Shown: positions 36,759-51,482, numbered from the stretch's first letter. The stretch: DNA of 53,082 bases from Octopus sinensis (GCF_006345805.1 NW_021833894.1:1-53082); one strand, 5' to 3'. The notes: generated by a model not told the origin, from the sequence alone. Made by a program: numbers and translations.

Positions 36759-39060
36759 TATGTTTGACTTTTGCTTTATATTTGTACAAGTTGGCTCCAA
36801 GTCTCACCCAGAGACCTCAAGAGACAACAGGGTTGGAAGTTCATGTTGTTGTTATGCCTAGTGTGCCATATATTGAGGGGGGGGGGTTGTACTAATAAAT
36901 ATCTAAAAAAAGTTTTGTTTTTTTTTTAAACCGAAAATTATGTTTGTTTTAAACCTTGAGATTACATAGAAAGTATTTTGCGTAGGATATGAGCAGTTCC
37001 CATGAGCATATCTTTTGAATTTCTGCCATTTTTGGGTTTCCTGGTATCTGAGTTAGGTAGCTATCAGCCCCTTTTGCTATCATTCCAGGGCACCTATGAC
37101 AACAGGTATTGTTTTAGTGTTCAGTTCCACATTTTGCTGATTTCTATTTCAAGATCTTTATATTTGCTCAGTTTTTGGTAGGTCTTGACAGATACGTTTA
37201 TATCGATTGGGACAGTCATATCAATGAGGAGGCATGTTCTTTGTTTGAAGTCTTTCAATATGATGTCTGGCCTATTTGCATCTATCTTTCTGTCAGTTTG
37301 AATGTGAAGTTCCAGAGGAGTGAGATGTGGTCATTTTCAAGCACTGGGGGTGGTTTGTGTTCCCACCAGTTTTTTCATGGGGCAAATCCAGGTTTTTGCA
37401 GATTACCCAGTGAATATATTGTGCAGCTCTATCGTGCCTGTTGAGATACTCTGTAGGCGCTAGAAGACTGCACTTGGAGACCACATGGTCAATGGTTTCA
37501 TTTTGTTGCTTGCATACACGACACGTGGACTGCTTCTGATCTTTAATATGTTGGCCTGGTAGTTTCTTGTTGGTAGGCATTGATCTTGAGCTGCTATGAT
37601 AAACCCCTCTGTTTCAGATTTTAAGCCAGAGGCCATTAGCCATTGATGGGTCAGGGCTTTGTCAACATCTGCATTATTTGCTCTCTTTGGGTATTTGCCA
37701 TAGAGAGGTTTTTCTTGCCTTATTTATCATTTGTCTGGCCTGTTTCTTGTATGTCTATCTCTAATTCCGAAATTTGTTGTATTCGGAATTCACTTAGATA
37801 TTCCTTTGCCTGTTTTGTTACTGAGTATGATGCTTTCTTGTTTCATGTTTTGAGACAAGTTTTAACATCCAGTCCTCAGAGTTTTTCAGGTAGGTGTCTA
37901 GGCCAATTGTAGCAATCTTCATTGTTATTGCCAGTTGTAAAAGTCCACGGCCTCCCTCTTTTCTTGGCAGATAAAGTCGTTCTGTATCTGCCTTAGGGTG
38001 GTGCATTCTATGCATTGTCAACAGTTTTCGTATTTTTCTGTCAAGATTACAGAAGAAGAGCGGTGATAGTGAGTCACCCTGGAAAATGCCACATGAAATT
38101 TTTACATCACCAGCATTTAGAGATTCATTGTCACTGTTCAAAGTTAGTGTGGTTCTCCATGATCTCATACTTACAGACAAAAAGTTCGCAGAGCAGGTGC
38201 TATCTTATACATTTCTAGGCATTTATTAATCCAGCTATGTGGTAGGCTATCAAAAGCCTTTTTATAGTCTATCCAGGCTATTGATAAGTTTTTGTGTCGT
38301 TTGTGACAATCTTCTAAGATCATCTTATTGATGAGTAGTTGATCTTTACAACCGTAGGATCCACGTTTACATCCTTTCTGTTCATTAGGGAAATGCTGCT
38401 GTCTGTCAAAAAACTATAGGTATATTCCGTCAGGACAGATGTTAGTGTTTTATATACATAGTTGTTAAGCAGGTTATGGGTCTATAGTTTTTGGGGTCAT
38501 TTGTTTCTTCACTTTTTGAAGCAGGAATGTTAACCCATTAACTAGCCAAGGAGGCATCCTACTAGGGTGTTGCAAAACATCATTGTAAAGTTCTGTTAGC
38601 AGTTCATGGCTCTCTGGGAAGCATTCAACCAAAAGTTAGGGATGTTATCCTTTCCTGGAGACTTCCATTTGCTTGACCTCCTGAGAGCAGATCTTATATC
38701 TTCTACCTTGACACCCTCCCACTTTTGCTCTTCTAAGGAGTCCAGTTCTTAGATACTCTATCAATCCAGGGGGCCTTTTCGCTGTGTGTTTTTTCTTCTG
38801 CCCAATTTTATTCCAAAATCCCTGCACTTCTTCTTTTGATGTACATACTTTACAGTAACTGTTGTTTTTCCTATCTTCCTGTAAAGATTTTGGGGTTATT
38901 TTTGAACATGTTGTTTCCCTGAAGAATCTAATACGCTTTTCATACCTCGCTATGCGGGCAGCTTTAGCAGATACTTTTGCTTGATGGTTTCTATGGTGGC
39001 ATCAATATCAAGTATAGTTTTCATATTATATTTTTTCATTAGTTTTTGGGTTTTTGCAGG
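36758..39060 (-). mobile_element. R4/Dong-type LINE of a second subfamily, 5'-truncated, with an internal deletion of the RT core
   Basis: GIFQGDSLSPLFFC is joined directly to NLDRKIRKLL..MHHPKAD; CRVCKQQNETIDHVVSKC knuckle; (TTA)n on both flanks. Confidence 0.92.
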
Positions 39061-39063
39061 CTA

Positions 39064-39104
<41 letters not shown>

Positions 39105-39546
39105 GAGTGAGAGAGCAGTTCATGCCATCAAAGTGACACTGGGGTAAAATATACGAAGCCCAATATACCCATCATGACTACCCGTCTGATAAAGGTACAC
39201 CAGGCACATGCATCACAACCATATGTGCGCGACATAGTGATCTCATATCAAGATAAACAGCACATGACCTTGCAGGTGGGGCCAGTTAGAATTTTCTTCA
39301 GGTTGAGTAGCCCATCCCGCTCAAAAGGTCCCTGAATAAGGGTTGTTTAAGGATGTTGAAAGAACCACCCATGTTTCCAGAGGTGAACTATTCAAACCCC
39401 AAAGAATCCCTCTCAACACATGGCTATGATGCTCCCCCACTACTTCTGCTCGTGATCAGAGATGCACATATCCTCAGCCACTAAGGGACATGCTCAACTG
39501 GTTAAGGTCAAACAACTGACAAGCAAATCTGTGGTATTGAGCAGAA

Positions 39547-39550
<4 letters not shown>
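39105..39550 (-). mobile_element. Element D, second and shorter copy
   Basis: Colinear with 27407-27858; (TTA)n on both sides. Confidence 0.75.
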
Positions 39551-39938
<388 letters not shown>

Positions 39939-40107
39939 CAGAGTGCAGTGGATATTTGAGTGATTGTTCTGAAAGTTAGAAGTCACAAGCATCGCCGTCG
40001 TCGTCATCCACCTCGTCCTCCTGCTCATGATGATGATGATGATCATCATCATCATCATCTTCATCATCACCACCATCATGATTATCATCATCATCATCAT
40101 CCTCACT

Positions 40108-40144
<37 letters not shown>

Positions 40145-40949
40145 CCATCAACGGCAGCAGTATCAACATTTTCAACATCATCATTATCGTCCCAGCTGAA
40201 GAATACAAGAACCTTCTAGGTTAAAATAGCAATAGTCTGTTTCAGTTTCGTATTAACCGCGTTCTCTGCACATTAATCTGTTGTTGTTGATGTTATCGTT
40301 ATTGTGGTTGCTTGCTGTAGATAAAGCCATGCTGAAGCAAATATGTGTCACAATTGTTACTGCTGTATTAAACCTCTTTTTTTGTGTGTATTTACAACCA
40401 CACCGTACATTGCAACTTCCCTTTAAGACCATAGAGCGAGATTTTACAGAGATTCGGTGGCTAATTTTAGCAGGTTGAGCTATAACGTAAAATTTCACAT
40501 AGAGGAATAACTTGTATAATTGACAACTGTTTACCAAGAACAATATCCGCGTTAATCTCAAGATCTTGGAAGATGGGGAAGGGGTATTAGTATAACCCAC
40601 ATGCAAAGTGCTTTTCTCAATATTAATAAACACCATAGCCGTCACTTACGAGAAAATATAATTTGGTGGCGTTTGTTTTAGTTCCATGCATTATTTTAGC
40701 TGCTTCTGTGTTCACTAGAAGACATAGGCAATCTTTCGGCTCTCAAATCCTTGAATCAGCGGATGTGTAAACCAGAAAGAAGAAATGTACCAGCCTAATC
40801 CGAATGCTGGTTCATGTATCTGGTATTCATTTCTAGGTGGGTAGACTGGAGCAACAGGGAATGAAGTTTCTTGCTCAAGGAGTCAACAATCCGCTTGCTT
40901 CAGGAATTCAACCGCAGGTCTTGTGATCGTGGTCCCGACCAACTCTACC

Positions 40950-41480
40950 TACCAAGAAAGAAGGATGCTGAGGACTGCTAAAAATAAAGACACGTTAATA
41001 CTGCGACATTGGGGTTGAAAACTTATGTGTAGAAAGGATAATAATGCAGGAAGGATATTGAAGAAAGGGTAATCCATTGGGTTACAGAAAACAGCAGGAA
41101 AATTCAAGAACAGGAAAAGGAATTGCAGACCCAGCATATGCAAAGGAATGGAATTACATGGCTAATTCGTGTAACAAACCGAGGACGCTGGCAGTAAAGA
41201 GCGTAGGCTGATGGACGGAAGACTAAAACGAGAGACCGAAGAGCTGATTATAGCCATTCAGGAACGAGCCACCCAAAGAATCTGATAATGATAGAGATCG
41301 CCAATACTCAGTCAGAGTTCAAAGGTAGAATCTGCAGAAAAGGAGACGAAAGTAACACAACTTCGGTGATGCGGCAATCTGTCAAAAAAAGAATATGAGC
41401 GCAGGAATGTCTTAAAGGAGTGCTTGGGATGTGGCTTCGAAATAACAGGAATATGGTAGGGATACGAATCAGAGGATATG
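40950..41480 (+). mobile_element. Old R4-type LINE fragment (post-RT and knuckle region)
   Basis: Broken translation MELHG..GRLKRETEELIIAIQE..RICRKGDES. Confidence 0.65.
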
Positions 41481-41604
41481 ATAAAAAATAACAATAACAG
41501 CAATCTAAATTTGTGCAATAGTAGTATTAAAGTGGCAGCAGTAGCAGTAGTAGCAGTAACAGCAACAACATTATGATAGTGGCATATGTGTGTGTGTGTA
41601 TATA

Positions 41605-41910
41605 GGGAGTGGCTGTGTCGTAAGAAGTTTGTTTCCCAACCACATGGTTCCAGGTTCTACCCCAATGTATGGAACATTGGACAAATATACATACACACGT
41701 GCGCGCGCGCACTTACACCTGATATCTTGGCCATCGTTTGACAACAAATGCAGGTGTGTTTAAGACCTCGTAACTTAGCGGTTCAAAAAAGAGACCAATA
41801 GAATAAGTACTAGACTTGCAAAGAATAAGTCCTGGGTGGATATCTTCGACTAAAACCTTTTAAGGCAGCGCTCTAGCATGGCCGCAGTCAGATGAGTGAA
41901 ACAAGTAAAA
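41605..41910 (+). mobile_element. SINE family B, internally deleted
   Basis: Head GGAGTGGCTGTGTCGTAAG..GGTTC and tail AGCATGGCCGCAGTC..GAAACAAGTAAAA. Confidence 0.85.
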
Positions 41911-41954
41911 TAATAAAAGAATATATATACACACACACACATATATATATATAC

Positions 41955-42019
<65 letters not shown>

Positions 42020-42032
42020 TATATGTATATAC

Positions 42033-42071
<39 letters not shown>

Positions 42072-43908
42072 ATATAATATGTATACATTCATATATATAC
42101 ATACATATGTATGTATATATATATATATATATGCATGTATGTATATTCATATGTGTATATACATACATACATATATATATATGTAATATATATATATATA
42201 TGCATGTATGTATGTGTATATATATATATATATGTATGTATATATATATGTGTGTGTGTGTGCACATATGTATGTATGTATGTCCAAGAGAGTTTTAAAG
42301 AGAAGCTACCAGTAAAATCAATGTACCGAAGCGAGTTCCACGTCACTGCTTCCTGTCCCTTTCTGCATTTTATCCTATTCCATTCCGCCTGAACTCACTA
42401 TGTCCCCTTATTCACCCAACTCCTCAAGTCTTCTCTTTAAACTGGCAGGCTTCCGATACTTCTTATTAATTTTAATCGTCTCTTATTGAATTCTGATTAC
42501 GGAACAGAAAGATTGGAGCCTATACGCAGCCAGGGGTTCGACTAGAAACAGAAGTTAAAATTTCGCTAACACAGATTCTTTCCTCGTTAAAACTAATGTA
42601 GTCATTAAAATATTTGTATTTTAGTAAAAAACTAAACTTTCGTTCTTTTATTTCTTTCACTTAATGGAGTCCGGCCAATTCTTGGGTCGCGACTTGAAGA
42701 GTTGAGTCGAACGAACCAACAGCAGCAGATAAGGTTTTTTTCAGTCGGGTACTTTTCCAGTCGATCATTTTGTTTGCAGGGATTTGAACAAACCAACACC
42801 GGTTGTCAGTTGATGGGGTTAGAAATACTAAGATACACACGCACACACATACAAACACACTGCACATACACATATACACTCACACCCTCATACCCTTCCC
42901 CCATAGAAACAGAAATAAACCACGCGCATACATATCTACGTTCATATTTATGGCCGGCTTCCACACAGTTTCCGTATACAAAATTCACTCTCAAAGTATT
43001 GGTCGCTTCGGAAATGAAAGTGAAGACACTTACTCAGACTGCAGCCCAAGAGATTAGGTTGAAATCCGAACTACGTGATTGTAGAGCGAACTTGTGAATC
43101 GCGAACCTATGCCTGTGCTAAACATTGAAAGATAAATAAATTGCAGTGACTGTATGGTAAGAAGATTGCATCCCAACCGTAACCTAGTAGTTGGCAAAAG
43201 AAACCGATAGAAGTCCTCGTGTCGATTAGTTCGACTAAAGGCGCTGCACCAGCATGACCGCAGTCACATGACTGAAACAAGTAAAAAGAAAAGAAAACAA
43301 ACAAGAAAATCTTTGGATGATCACATTCGGAAGGCTTCTGATCCCAGATCAGCTTGATCAGGCTTGACCAGCTGCTAAGCAACAAAACCCCTTCCATCAT
43401 GTCTGTCTCTCGTACATTTCTGTTTCTTGTATCAATCAAGCAATTAAAGAAAATTAGGAAAGAAGGAAAGAACGAAAGAAAGTAAGAAAGAAAAGAGGAA
43501 AGAAAGTCTGGAGTGTATAGAAGAAACAGAATCGATCACCTCCCACACATTGTAGAGATCAATACAGTGTTCAAAGATCAATATAGTGTTCCGCTTACAT
43601 TTCAACGATGTAGGTCAAGATGGCGACATTTAGCAACGTTCCAACCGACTGTTGACCTACTTCGGCTTTTTTTTTCCTGTTACAGCAATGAGTAACGAAA
43701 GTAACGTCCAAATATGATGCATTCACAAAATGCATGACATCGAACATTTGGCAGGAGGAGGAAGAGGGGGTGGTGATGGTGGGGATGATGGGTAGAATTC
43801 GTTAATAATATGTCTGTGAGGAGTGAATGGGTGAGGATGCATGTGAATGAGCCTGCGTGTGTTGTGTTTGCTTGCGAGCACGTGATTTGCGTATTACTCG
43901 GTATTCAC

Positions 43909-43942
<34 letters not shown>

Positions 43943-43975
43943 GTGTGTATATATATATGTATATATATATGTATA

Positions 43976-44054
<79 letters not shown>

Positions 44055-44269
44055 CGGATAGGTGATGTATATAATAAACGTACACATCTAATTTCCACAT
44101 TTTACTATTTTATGTGTCACCTTTTTTGTATCAATGTTGCTTCCAAACACACACAATATATAAAAAATCACTTTCCTCTTCCTTCGCCTGATCATCGTCA
44201 GCGTCATCATTATCGTCATTTTTTTTATTGTTATTGCTGTTGTTGTTTCTGTTGTTGTTGTTGTTGTTG

Positions 44270-44307
<38 letters not shown>

Positions 44308-44705
44308 TAAGGCGGCAAACTGGCAGTATCGCTAACAAGCAGGGTGAAATGCGTAACAGTATTTCGTCTGCCGTTACGTTCTGAGTTCAAATTCCGCCGA
44401 GGTCGACTTTGCCTTTCATCCTTTCGGGGTCGATAAATTAAGTACCAGTTACGCACTGGGGTCGATAGGATATATAATCCGTTTGTCTGTCCTTATTTGT
44501 CCTCTCTGTGTTTAGCCCCTTGTGGGTAGTAAAGAAATAGGTATTTCGTCTGTCTTAACGTTCTGAGTTCAAATGCTGCCGGTGTGACTTTGTCTTTCAT
44601 TCATTCGGGGTCGATAAATGAAATACCTGTTGAATACTGGGGCCGATGTAATCGACTCATCCTCTCCCCACAAATTTCAGGCCTTGTGCCTATAGTAGAA
44701 AGAAA

Positions 44706-44754
<49 letters not shown>

Positions 44755-45225
44755 GAGATTGTGAGCTAGAAGAATCGCTTGCACGCTGGGCAAAATGCTC
44801 AGCGGTATTTTGTCTGCCGCTACGTTATGAGTTCAAATTCCGCCGAGGTCGAATTTGCCTTTCAACCTGTCGGGGTCAATAAATTAAGCACCGGCGAAAC
44901 TCTGGGGTCGATGTTATCCACTCGTCTCTTCCCCCGAAATGGCTGCCCTTGTGGTAAATTTTGATATCATTATTATTAATATTATCATTATTGTTATTAC
45001 TAAATCGGCGTGCTGTCAGAATCATTCGTAGACCGAAGAAAATTCTTAAAGGCATTTCGTTCAAATTCCCATCTCAAATTCTGAATTCATATTCCGCCGG
45101 GGCCCACTCTGACTTTCATCTTTTCGGGGGTCGATAAAAATAAGTACCAGTGATACACTAGGGTCGATGCAATCGATTTACCGCCTCCGCCAAACTTACT
45201 GGCTTTGTATCAAAATTTGAAAGCA
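44308..45225 (+). mobile_element. Head-to-tail cluster of three SINE family A copies; the first is bipartite
   Basis: Heads at ~44308, ~44757 and ~45001, separated by (TTA)n. The first repeats its core at ~44540-44705. Confidence 0.88.
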
Positions 45226-45339
45226 TTATTTTTTTTCTCGTTTCATGTATCGAACTATAATACCTCGTGGTGTAGGAAGAGAAACAGTTTGTGTCGTTTG
45301 TACAGCAATTGTTCTTTCTATTCTCCATCTCTGTTTTTA

Positions 45340-46440
45340 CAATGTGTTAGGGACTTTCCAGATAATTGTTACTGAGCCTAACAGATATGTATTCAGTATT
45401 TGATCTACTCCCAGTGTTAAAGTTAAATTCAGTAGGTTTAGAAATATGTTCTCAGATTTGTTTATAATCGTTCCCAAGACACTAATAACAAACAGAAGTA
45501 TTGAAATGTCAGCTTCTATCTTCCATCACGTCCAGTCGATGTAAAGTTCAACTTTCCTCTTTCCTATCTTTTCACCTCTGTATTATAATAAACAGCTTCT
45601 CTCTCTTTCCGAGGAGTAGAATATCAAGTCTCGTTTTTGGATTTGGTTTGCAAAATTCTTTATGTGAGTTCGTGTTTTGAAGCATATTTTGCTGTGTCTG
45701 GGAAGAGTCATTCTCTGTAGTACATTATTATTTAACAATAAGGCACTAAAAGAGAATGACTCTCTTCAGACACAACAGAATATCAATTCTGTTGTGGTAT
45801 ATTCTTTTTCCAGTTTATGTAGGAGAACTTCCATAACAACCCCATTTCATCATTTCTGGAACTTATGTTTCTATTCTAGAAAATGTTTAGAAATGTTTTC
45901 TGTGCATGCAAAACCAAACTTTCCAACAAAAATTCTAAGGTATTGTTATAACAATCTTATCATGTCTACACATGTTCCATTCTCCCTGAGCTAACTATGG
46001 CCATTCCAATACATTGTGGATTATGGTCACATTTGAATCACAGTACATGCTGCATTTGGGCGGGCGATTTTGTTGATCTATTGTATTCTTGATCCAATTT
46101 CCACTTATGATCTATTCCTCTGCTACCTAGATCATTCTCGCAGCATCCATTTTTTTTTCATTATCCATTCCTTAACCCAGAGTCAGCTATCCTTTACATT
46201 CCGTCTCTCTTATGTATTCCTGAAAATCCCTGTGTAAATCTTCTTGCTTTGAAATTTTGATTTTCTCCTCAGGAAGATTCTGAAATGTTTTCTTGATCTC
46301 TCTTTCTGGCTTCTGCCCATCACATGAACAATTCTTCATTTTTTAATTCCTTAAGGCGTGTTTCTTGCTTTCCTTCTCGACAAGAACATACACTCTAGCT
46401 TCCCATTGTATGTTTACAGATTCTTCGATATTCTTAATTC
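45340..46440 (-). mobile_element. Very old R4-type LINE C-terminal fragment, interrupted by a fold-back insertion
   Basis: Minus translation PKCSMYCDSNVTIIHNVLEWP*LAQGEWNMCRHDKI and VISVLGTI parallel the knuckle, RHD and GALG motifs of the 28-kb element. Confidence 0.6.
45684..45783. repeat. Imperfect ~45-bp-arm hairpin
   Basis: ATATTTTGCTGTGTCTG..GAGTCATTCTCT vs AGAGAATGACTC..CAGACACAACAGAATAT. Confidence 0.8.
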
Positions 46441-46727
46441 CTCCTCCTCTTCTCCTTTTTCAGTATCATCAACCCACGTCAGATACGAGGTGCACAATTC
46501 TGTGCATTATAAGCTACGGAGTTAGCTGAATTTGAACTCAGTACTTAAAATATATCAGAAGAAAAACTTACTAAGCACTTATAACGATGGTCTAACGATT
46601 CCCCTTTCCCCTTCCCTCTTCCCTCTTCTTCTCTTCCTCCTCTCTCTTCTTCTCTTCCTCCACCTTCTTCCTCTCTCCCTCCTCCCCCTCTTCCTCCTCC
46701 TCCTCCTCCACCACCACCTGCTACTGT

Positions 46728-46767
<40 letters not shown>

Positions 46768-46894
46768 GATGATGATATATTTGAAAACCCATTGTAAGTT
46801 CTTCAGACTCAACATCCAATAGATATACAGGGTGAATAAAGTTTTAAAAAAACTAACGCATTCTGATTGGTGTATAACGTACACCTTGATAGAG

Positions 46895-46927
<33 letters not shown>

Positions 46928-47233
46928 CAAACACACATACATACAAACACACACATACACATACACATACACACACACATATCAGTCACCGAGAGTCAGG
47001 AACCTGACCTAAATACCAGCAATTACAGTTCGAAGTGTCACTGATTCGTGGAGATGGCCTGATCGATATTCACCCCCTAAAAATTTTATTGCAACTATTA
47101 AATGTAGCTATATTACAACAAACTACATGTTTCACCACATGAACTGCAGAAAACAGTTCTCTTGAGGAAACCCATAAACTTGACTCTACGAGTAGTCTCT
47201 TTTTATTTATGTGTGCATTTATTATTATTATTA

Positions 47234-47302
<69 letters not shown>

Positions 47303-47465
47303 CATTATTATTATCTTTTTATTTAGTTTTATTTTTTTCAAAGAGAAAATATAAGCTGATGAATATAAACTATATACCAACCGTCTCGAACTTCATTCAT
47401 TCGCAAAGAATACTCTCACTCTCTATTTCTGTTCTTGTTTCTCTCTCTTTTCCTCTCTCTCTTCC

Positions 47466-47513
<48 letters not shown>

Positions 47514-47738
47514 GCTCCCATTAAAACAAAGTAGTATAATTACACATTTGCATGTCATTGTAACATAACCAAATCTCAAGAATGCTTCTAATAATCCGTT
47601 GTGACAGAAATAAAAAGAAAAGGAAAATATTCACACACACACACATACACACACACACACAGAGACACACACACACACACGCATGTTCGCACGCACGCAC
47701 ACATAAACACATGCATATATATATTATATATATATATA

Positions 47739-47772
<34 letters not shown>

Positions 47773-47987
47773 CATGTCAGCACATATAAGACAAATAAAA
47801 GCATCGCAGTATTCGTTTCTCACATAGGTACACGAACAGCGGATTGGTAGAGTTGGTAGAGCGCAGAACACTTTAGTTTGTACTGATATGTTCCAAATCG
47901 TTGTTCTCTGAGATCAAATCTCGCCATGGTTAAATTTGCTATTCATTCTTTCGGATTCGATGAATGAAGTACCAGTTTAGCGTTGGA

Positions 47988-48018
<31 letters not shown>

Positions 48019-48339
48019 CTTCTTCTTCTTCTTCTTCTTCTTCTTCTTCTTCTTTTTCATCTTCTTCTCCTCATTTCCGCTTTCTTCTGTCATTACGTAC
48101 GGCTTGTCTTAAATAACCAAGGTAAGCCGTATGTCCCAAGTGCGAATCTACGATTCTGTTGTACGTTGAGAGGATAAGCACAAGACCACAAGCAAAGGAA
48201 TGTCCTGATCAATAGTGAAATTCGGAAGTACAAGGTTGTCGTTTCGTGTGTGCAATGGTTTAACAGATTAAATTGGTAGCTTTTTCATATTTGGTTTTCT
48301 TCTTTATCGGTTTGTAAAGACTAGAAAATACTTCCTGAA

Positions 48340-48660
48340 AGCATTATCATCACCAGATCCCGTCCACTCTCTACAGGATTAAAATATCATAGATCGCCAT
48401 TTAGTTAAGTTGTCGGATACATTCTTTGCTCACTCCCTGTATCTCACGTCTGTCTAATTCTTGATGTTATTCATCAACATAATTCTAAGTTATCCCATTC
48501 CTTTACCGCTTTCAGTTCCGTTCCTAATTAAATGTCCAAAATTTTAAAGATTCGTGTCTTTGATGTTATCTAATAAACGTTTTTACCATTCTTAGGGCTT
48601 CGTCATCCCTTTTGCGTCCTGTCTACGATACACTCAAATGTCTTCTATAATAACGATTTG
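48340..48660 (-). mobile_element. Decayed RTE-type LINE 3' end
   Basis: Broken translation YYRRHLSVS*T..DEAL..LLDNIK..FGHLIR..NNIKN*T..KWRSMI resembles the RTE C-terminal consensus. Confidence 0.65.
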
Positions 48661-49187
48661 TATCATTGTAACAAGGCCACCCACCCGTATGTTTGTTTGT
48701 TCTTAATTGTTGCGGCGGATGGATTCTCGATTAAATAGACACAAGACGTTGACTGACACTTTCATCTATTCTGGGTGGATGAAAAAGTGAAACTGATGTT
48801 GACCTCGATGCGGGATTTGAAATCAGGATGTCAAGAATCACAACAAACACCATCCTAGTATTTTGTTTGTCTCGCTACCAATTCTGCAAGTCTCGCTGGT
48901 TTAGATATTTGCATTGTTCTACTTGTCACGGTATGCGTTCGAATGTTACGCTTTCACCAAAACTCAACTGAAATCAACGATCAAATCCAATACTTAACTG
49001 ACACTTTACTTTATCAGCGCCAGAGGGTCTAACGGCAATGTCTACTACGGCAAGATTCGAACGTAAAAACTGCATTCAAATACCACATGCTACTTTCGCG
49101 AAGTTCTAATGAGACTGAACATTCACAGGTAATTATAAAAATAACGACGAATAACAATAGCAATAACAACAACAATATCAATAATAA

Positions 49188-49780
49188 TCTCTTATATAAA
49201 ATCCATTCTGTGTGTGTGTGTGTGTGTGTGACTTCTAGGATCTCAGGCATCCTCCATCCAATTGCGCTCAAATTTGATATGTAGATACCGACGGTTTCTG
49301 GGCGTGTATAAGTCTTGAAAAAATTACAAAAATCGATTCCAGGTGAGAATGTGATCGATAAAGCCGCGGGAAATCGTTTTTCTTAGGAATAGAAAAAAAG
49401 TCTATCTTTATTTCTTCTTTTGTTGGTGTCTCAAATTTAGGCCAAATCAGTGTTTCTCAAAGGGGAGGCCTATGGGACGGTCGGACAAGTTTTGAGAAAA
49501 TTTGGTTTAAATGTTTGACAACTCATCACCGTCCATTGGTCGAGGGGCGTTTTGCTTGTCTATTCTATAATTGCACTATTTATGTGTGTGTGTCTGTGTG
49601 TCTGTGTCAAAATGTTGTCAACAAACCCCTCCGCAACCGCCGGTCAGATTTCGATCAAACTTGGCACGAGGAACCGTAGGTACCGGGAGAGTGTCAACAT
49701 TTATATGGAATTCACAAAAATTAACCGGTCCGGTTCCAGTCTGCTGAAATACGACAAAACGAATTACCCCTTTCTCAGTA
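49188..49780 (+). mobile_element. Helitron-like non-coding 5' modules (two in tandem)
   Basis: A|TCTCTTATATAAAA, (TG)n, CCAATTGCGCTCAAATTTG. A second module at ~49560: TATAA..(TG)n..CAGATTTCGATCAAACTTGGCAC. Confidence 0.55.
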
Positions 49781-49978
49781 TTCAGTGACTCACTGACTAT
49801 TCCTCATGCTTACTACCTCTTTCTCTTATTGAGAGCTGTAGTGTGAGGTGTGGTAACTGACAGAATTGCAGAGAATTCTCACTCTCTCTTTACCAGTTGC
49901 GCTCTTTTCCATGTCTCCTTCGGTGTTACTTTGATGTTTTTCTCTCACATATACATACATACGTACATACATACATAC

Positions 49979-50011
<33 letters not shown>

Positions 50012-50014
<3 letters not shown>

Positions 50015-50422
50015 AGTGGCTGTGTGGTAAGTAGCTTGCTTACCAACCACATGGTTCTGGGTTCAGTCCCATTGCGTGGCACCTTGGGCCTCGGGTCGAC
50101 TATAGCCTCGGGTCGACCTAAGCCTTGTGAGTGGATTTGGTTGATGGAAACTTAAATAAGCCCGTCATATACATGTAAATATATATATATATGTGTGTGT
50201 GTTGTGTGTGTGTGTGTGTGTGCTTGAGTGTCTGTGTTTGTCCCCCAACATTGCTTGACAACCGATGCTGATGTGTTTACGTCCCTGTAACTGAGCCGTT
50301 CGGCAAAAAGAGACCGATAGAATAAGTACTAGGCTTACAAAGAATAAGTCCTTGGATCGATTTGCTCGACTAAAGGCGGTGCTCCAGCATGGCCGCAGTC
50401 AAATGGCTGAAACAAATAAAAG
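50012..50422 (+). mobile_element. SINE family B, full length, with an internal (TA)n(TG)n tract
   Basis: A-box-like TGGCTGTGTGG, B-box-like GGTTCAGTCCC, and conserved tail CCAGCATGGCCGCAGTCAAATG. Confidence 0.92.
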
Positions 50423-50438
50423 AGAGAGAGAATACATG

Positions 50439-50489
<51 letters not shown>

Positions 50490-51482
50490 TTTAACAATTA
50501 AGGATAACCTCTTAATAAGGGATTAACAAGAAATTATCGGGTAGTTAGCGTGAAACCTCATAAAAGAAAAGAATTCGAAAATAATTTTTTTCTTTTGAAC
50601 AAATTAATTATATCTATATTGTAGAGGGCATTATTACACATAAATGCCTCACACTAAGAGGGACAAAGTCATTACTACCAAAATTATACTAATCATACCT
50701 AAATGCAGTTTTTCAAAGCAAGACATTTAAAAAATGAATTTAGTTCTGTATCACCGTGATTTCACATATATATATATATATATCAACCTCACACATAAAA
50801 ACTACCTCTCTTCATTCTCTTTTAACGGGTTGCGTTCTTTCTAATGTTTCTGTCGGTGTCATGTTGAAGAGGAAAAAAAGATAAAATACTGTTAGACTTC
50901 GGTGAAAATTACAATTACACCATATTCGCTAAACACTAACTTAAAGTGCGATCTTTATGTCATTGAATTGCACTAAACGAATTTGATCATAAAAATGGTG
51001 GAAATTTAGTATTTAATAAAATATGTCGGACCTATTTTCATGCGGTAGGCCGTCGGAGTTATTCTGAAGTCTATTTACGTTGTTGCGTGTATGAATATGT
51101 TATTGAATGTACTGTCGTCTGATATTTCACGTATGCGTAAAATTCTGAAATAGCAGGCGTAAAACATATGAAAATTTCGGAAACTTTACGCATTTGACTG
51201 TATGAAAATAGGATCGACTTATTTTATTATTACCTTAAAAAATGCTAAATTTTCGACATTTTTATGGTCAAATTCGTTTAGAGCAATTCAACAACATAAA
51301 AAATTGCACTTTAAAATAATGTTTAGCGAGAGTCGTATAATTGTAAATAAATACCAAGGTAGATATTTACAATTAATATCGTGAAAACTTCTCGTTCAGA
51401 GAAATTAGCTCAAATACTAGCTGAATTGTCTCAAAATTTTCACTGTATAATTGTCATAAATATTCTCTCTCAACAGTACATT

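Noticed and set aside
39960-40199. Poly-His ORF
   Set aside because: A (CAT)n microsatellite with no ATG start and no splice support.
46826-47080. Possible mariner MITE (TACAGGGTGAATA..TATTCACCC)
   Set aside because: Only ~9 bp of inverted match and the right end is not intact.
47835-47985. tRNA-like GGTAGAGTTGGTAGAGCG
   Set aside because: It continues as a decayed SINE A body and forms no cloverleaf.
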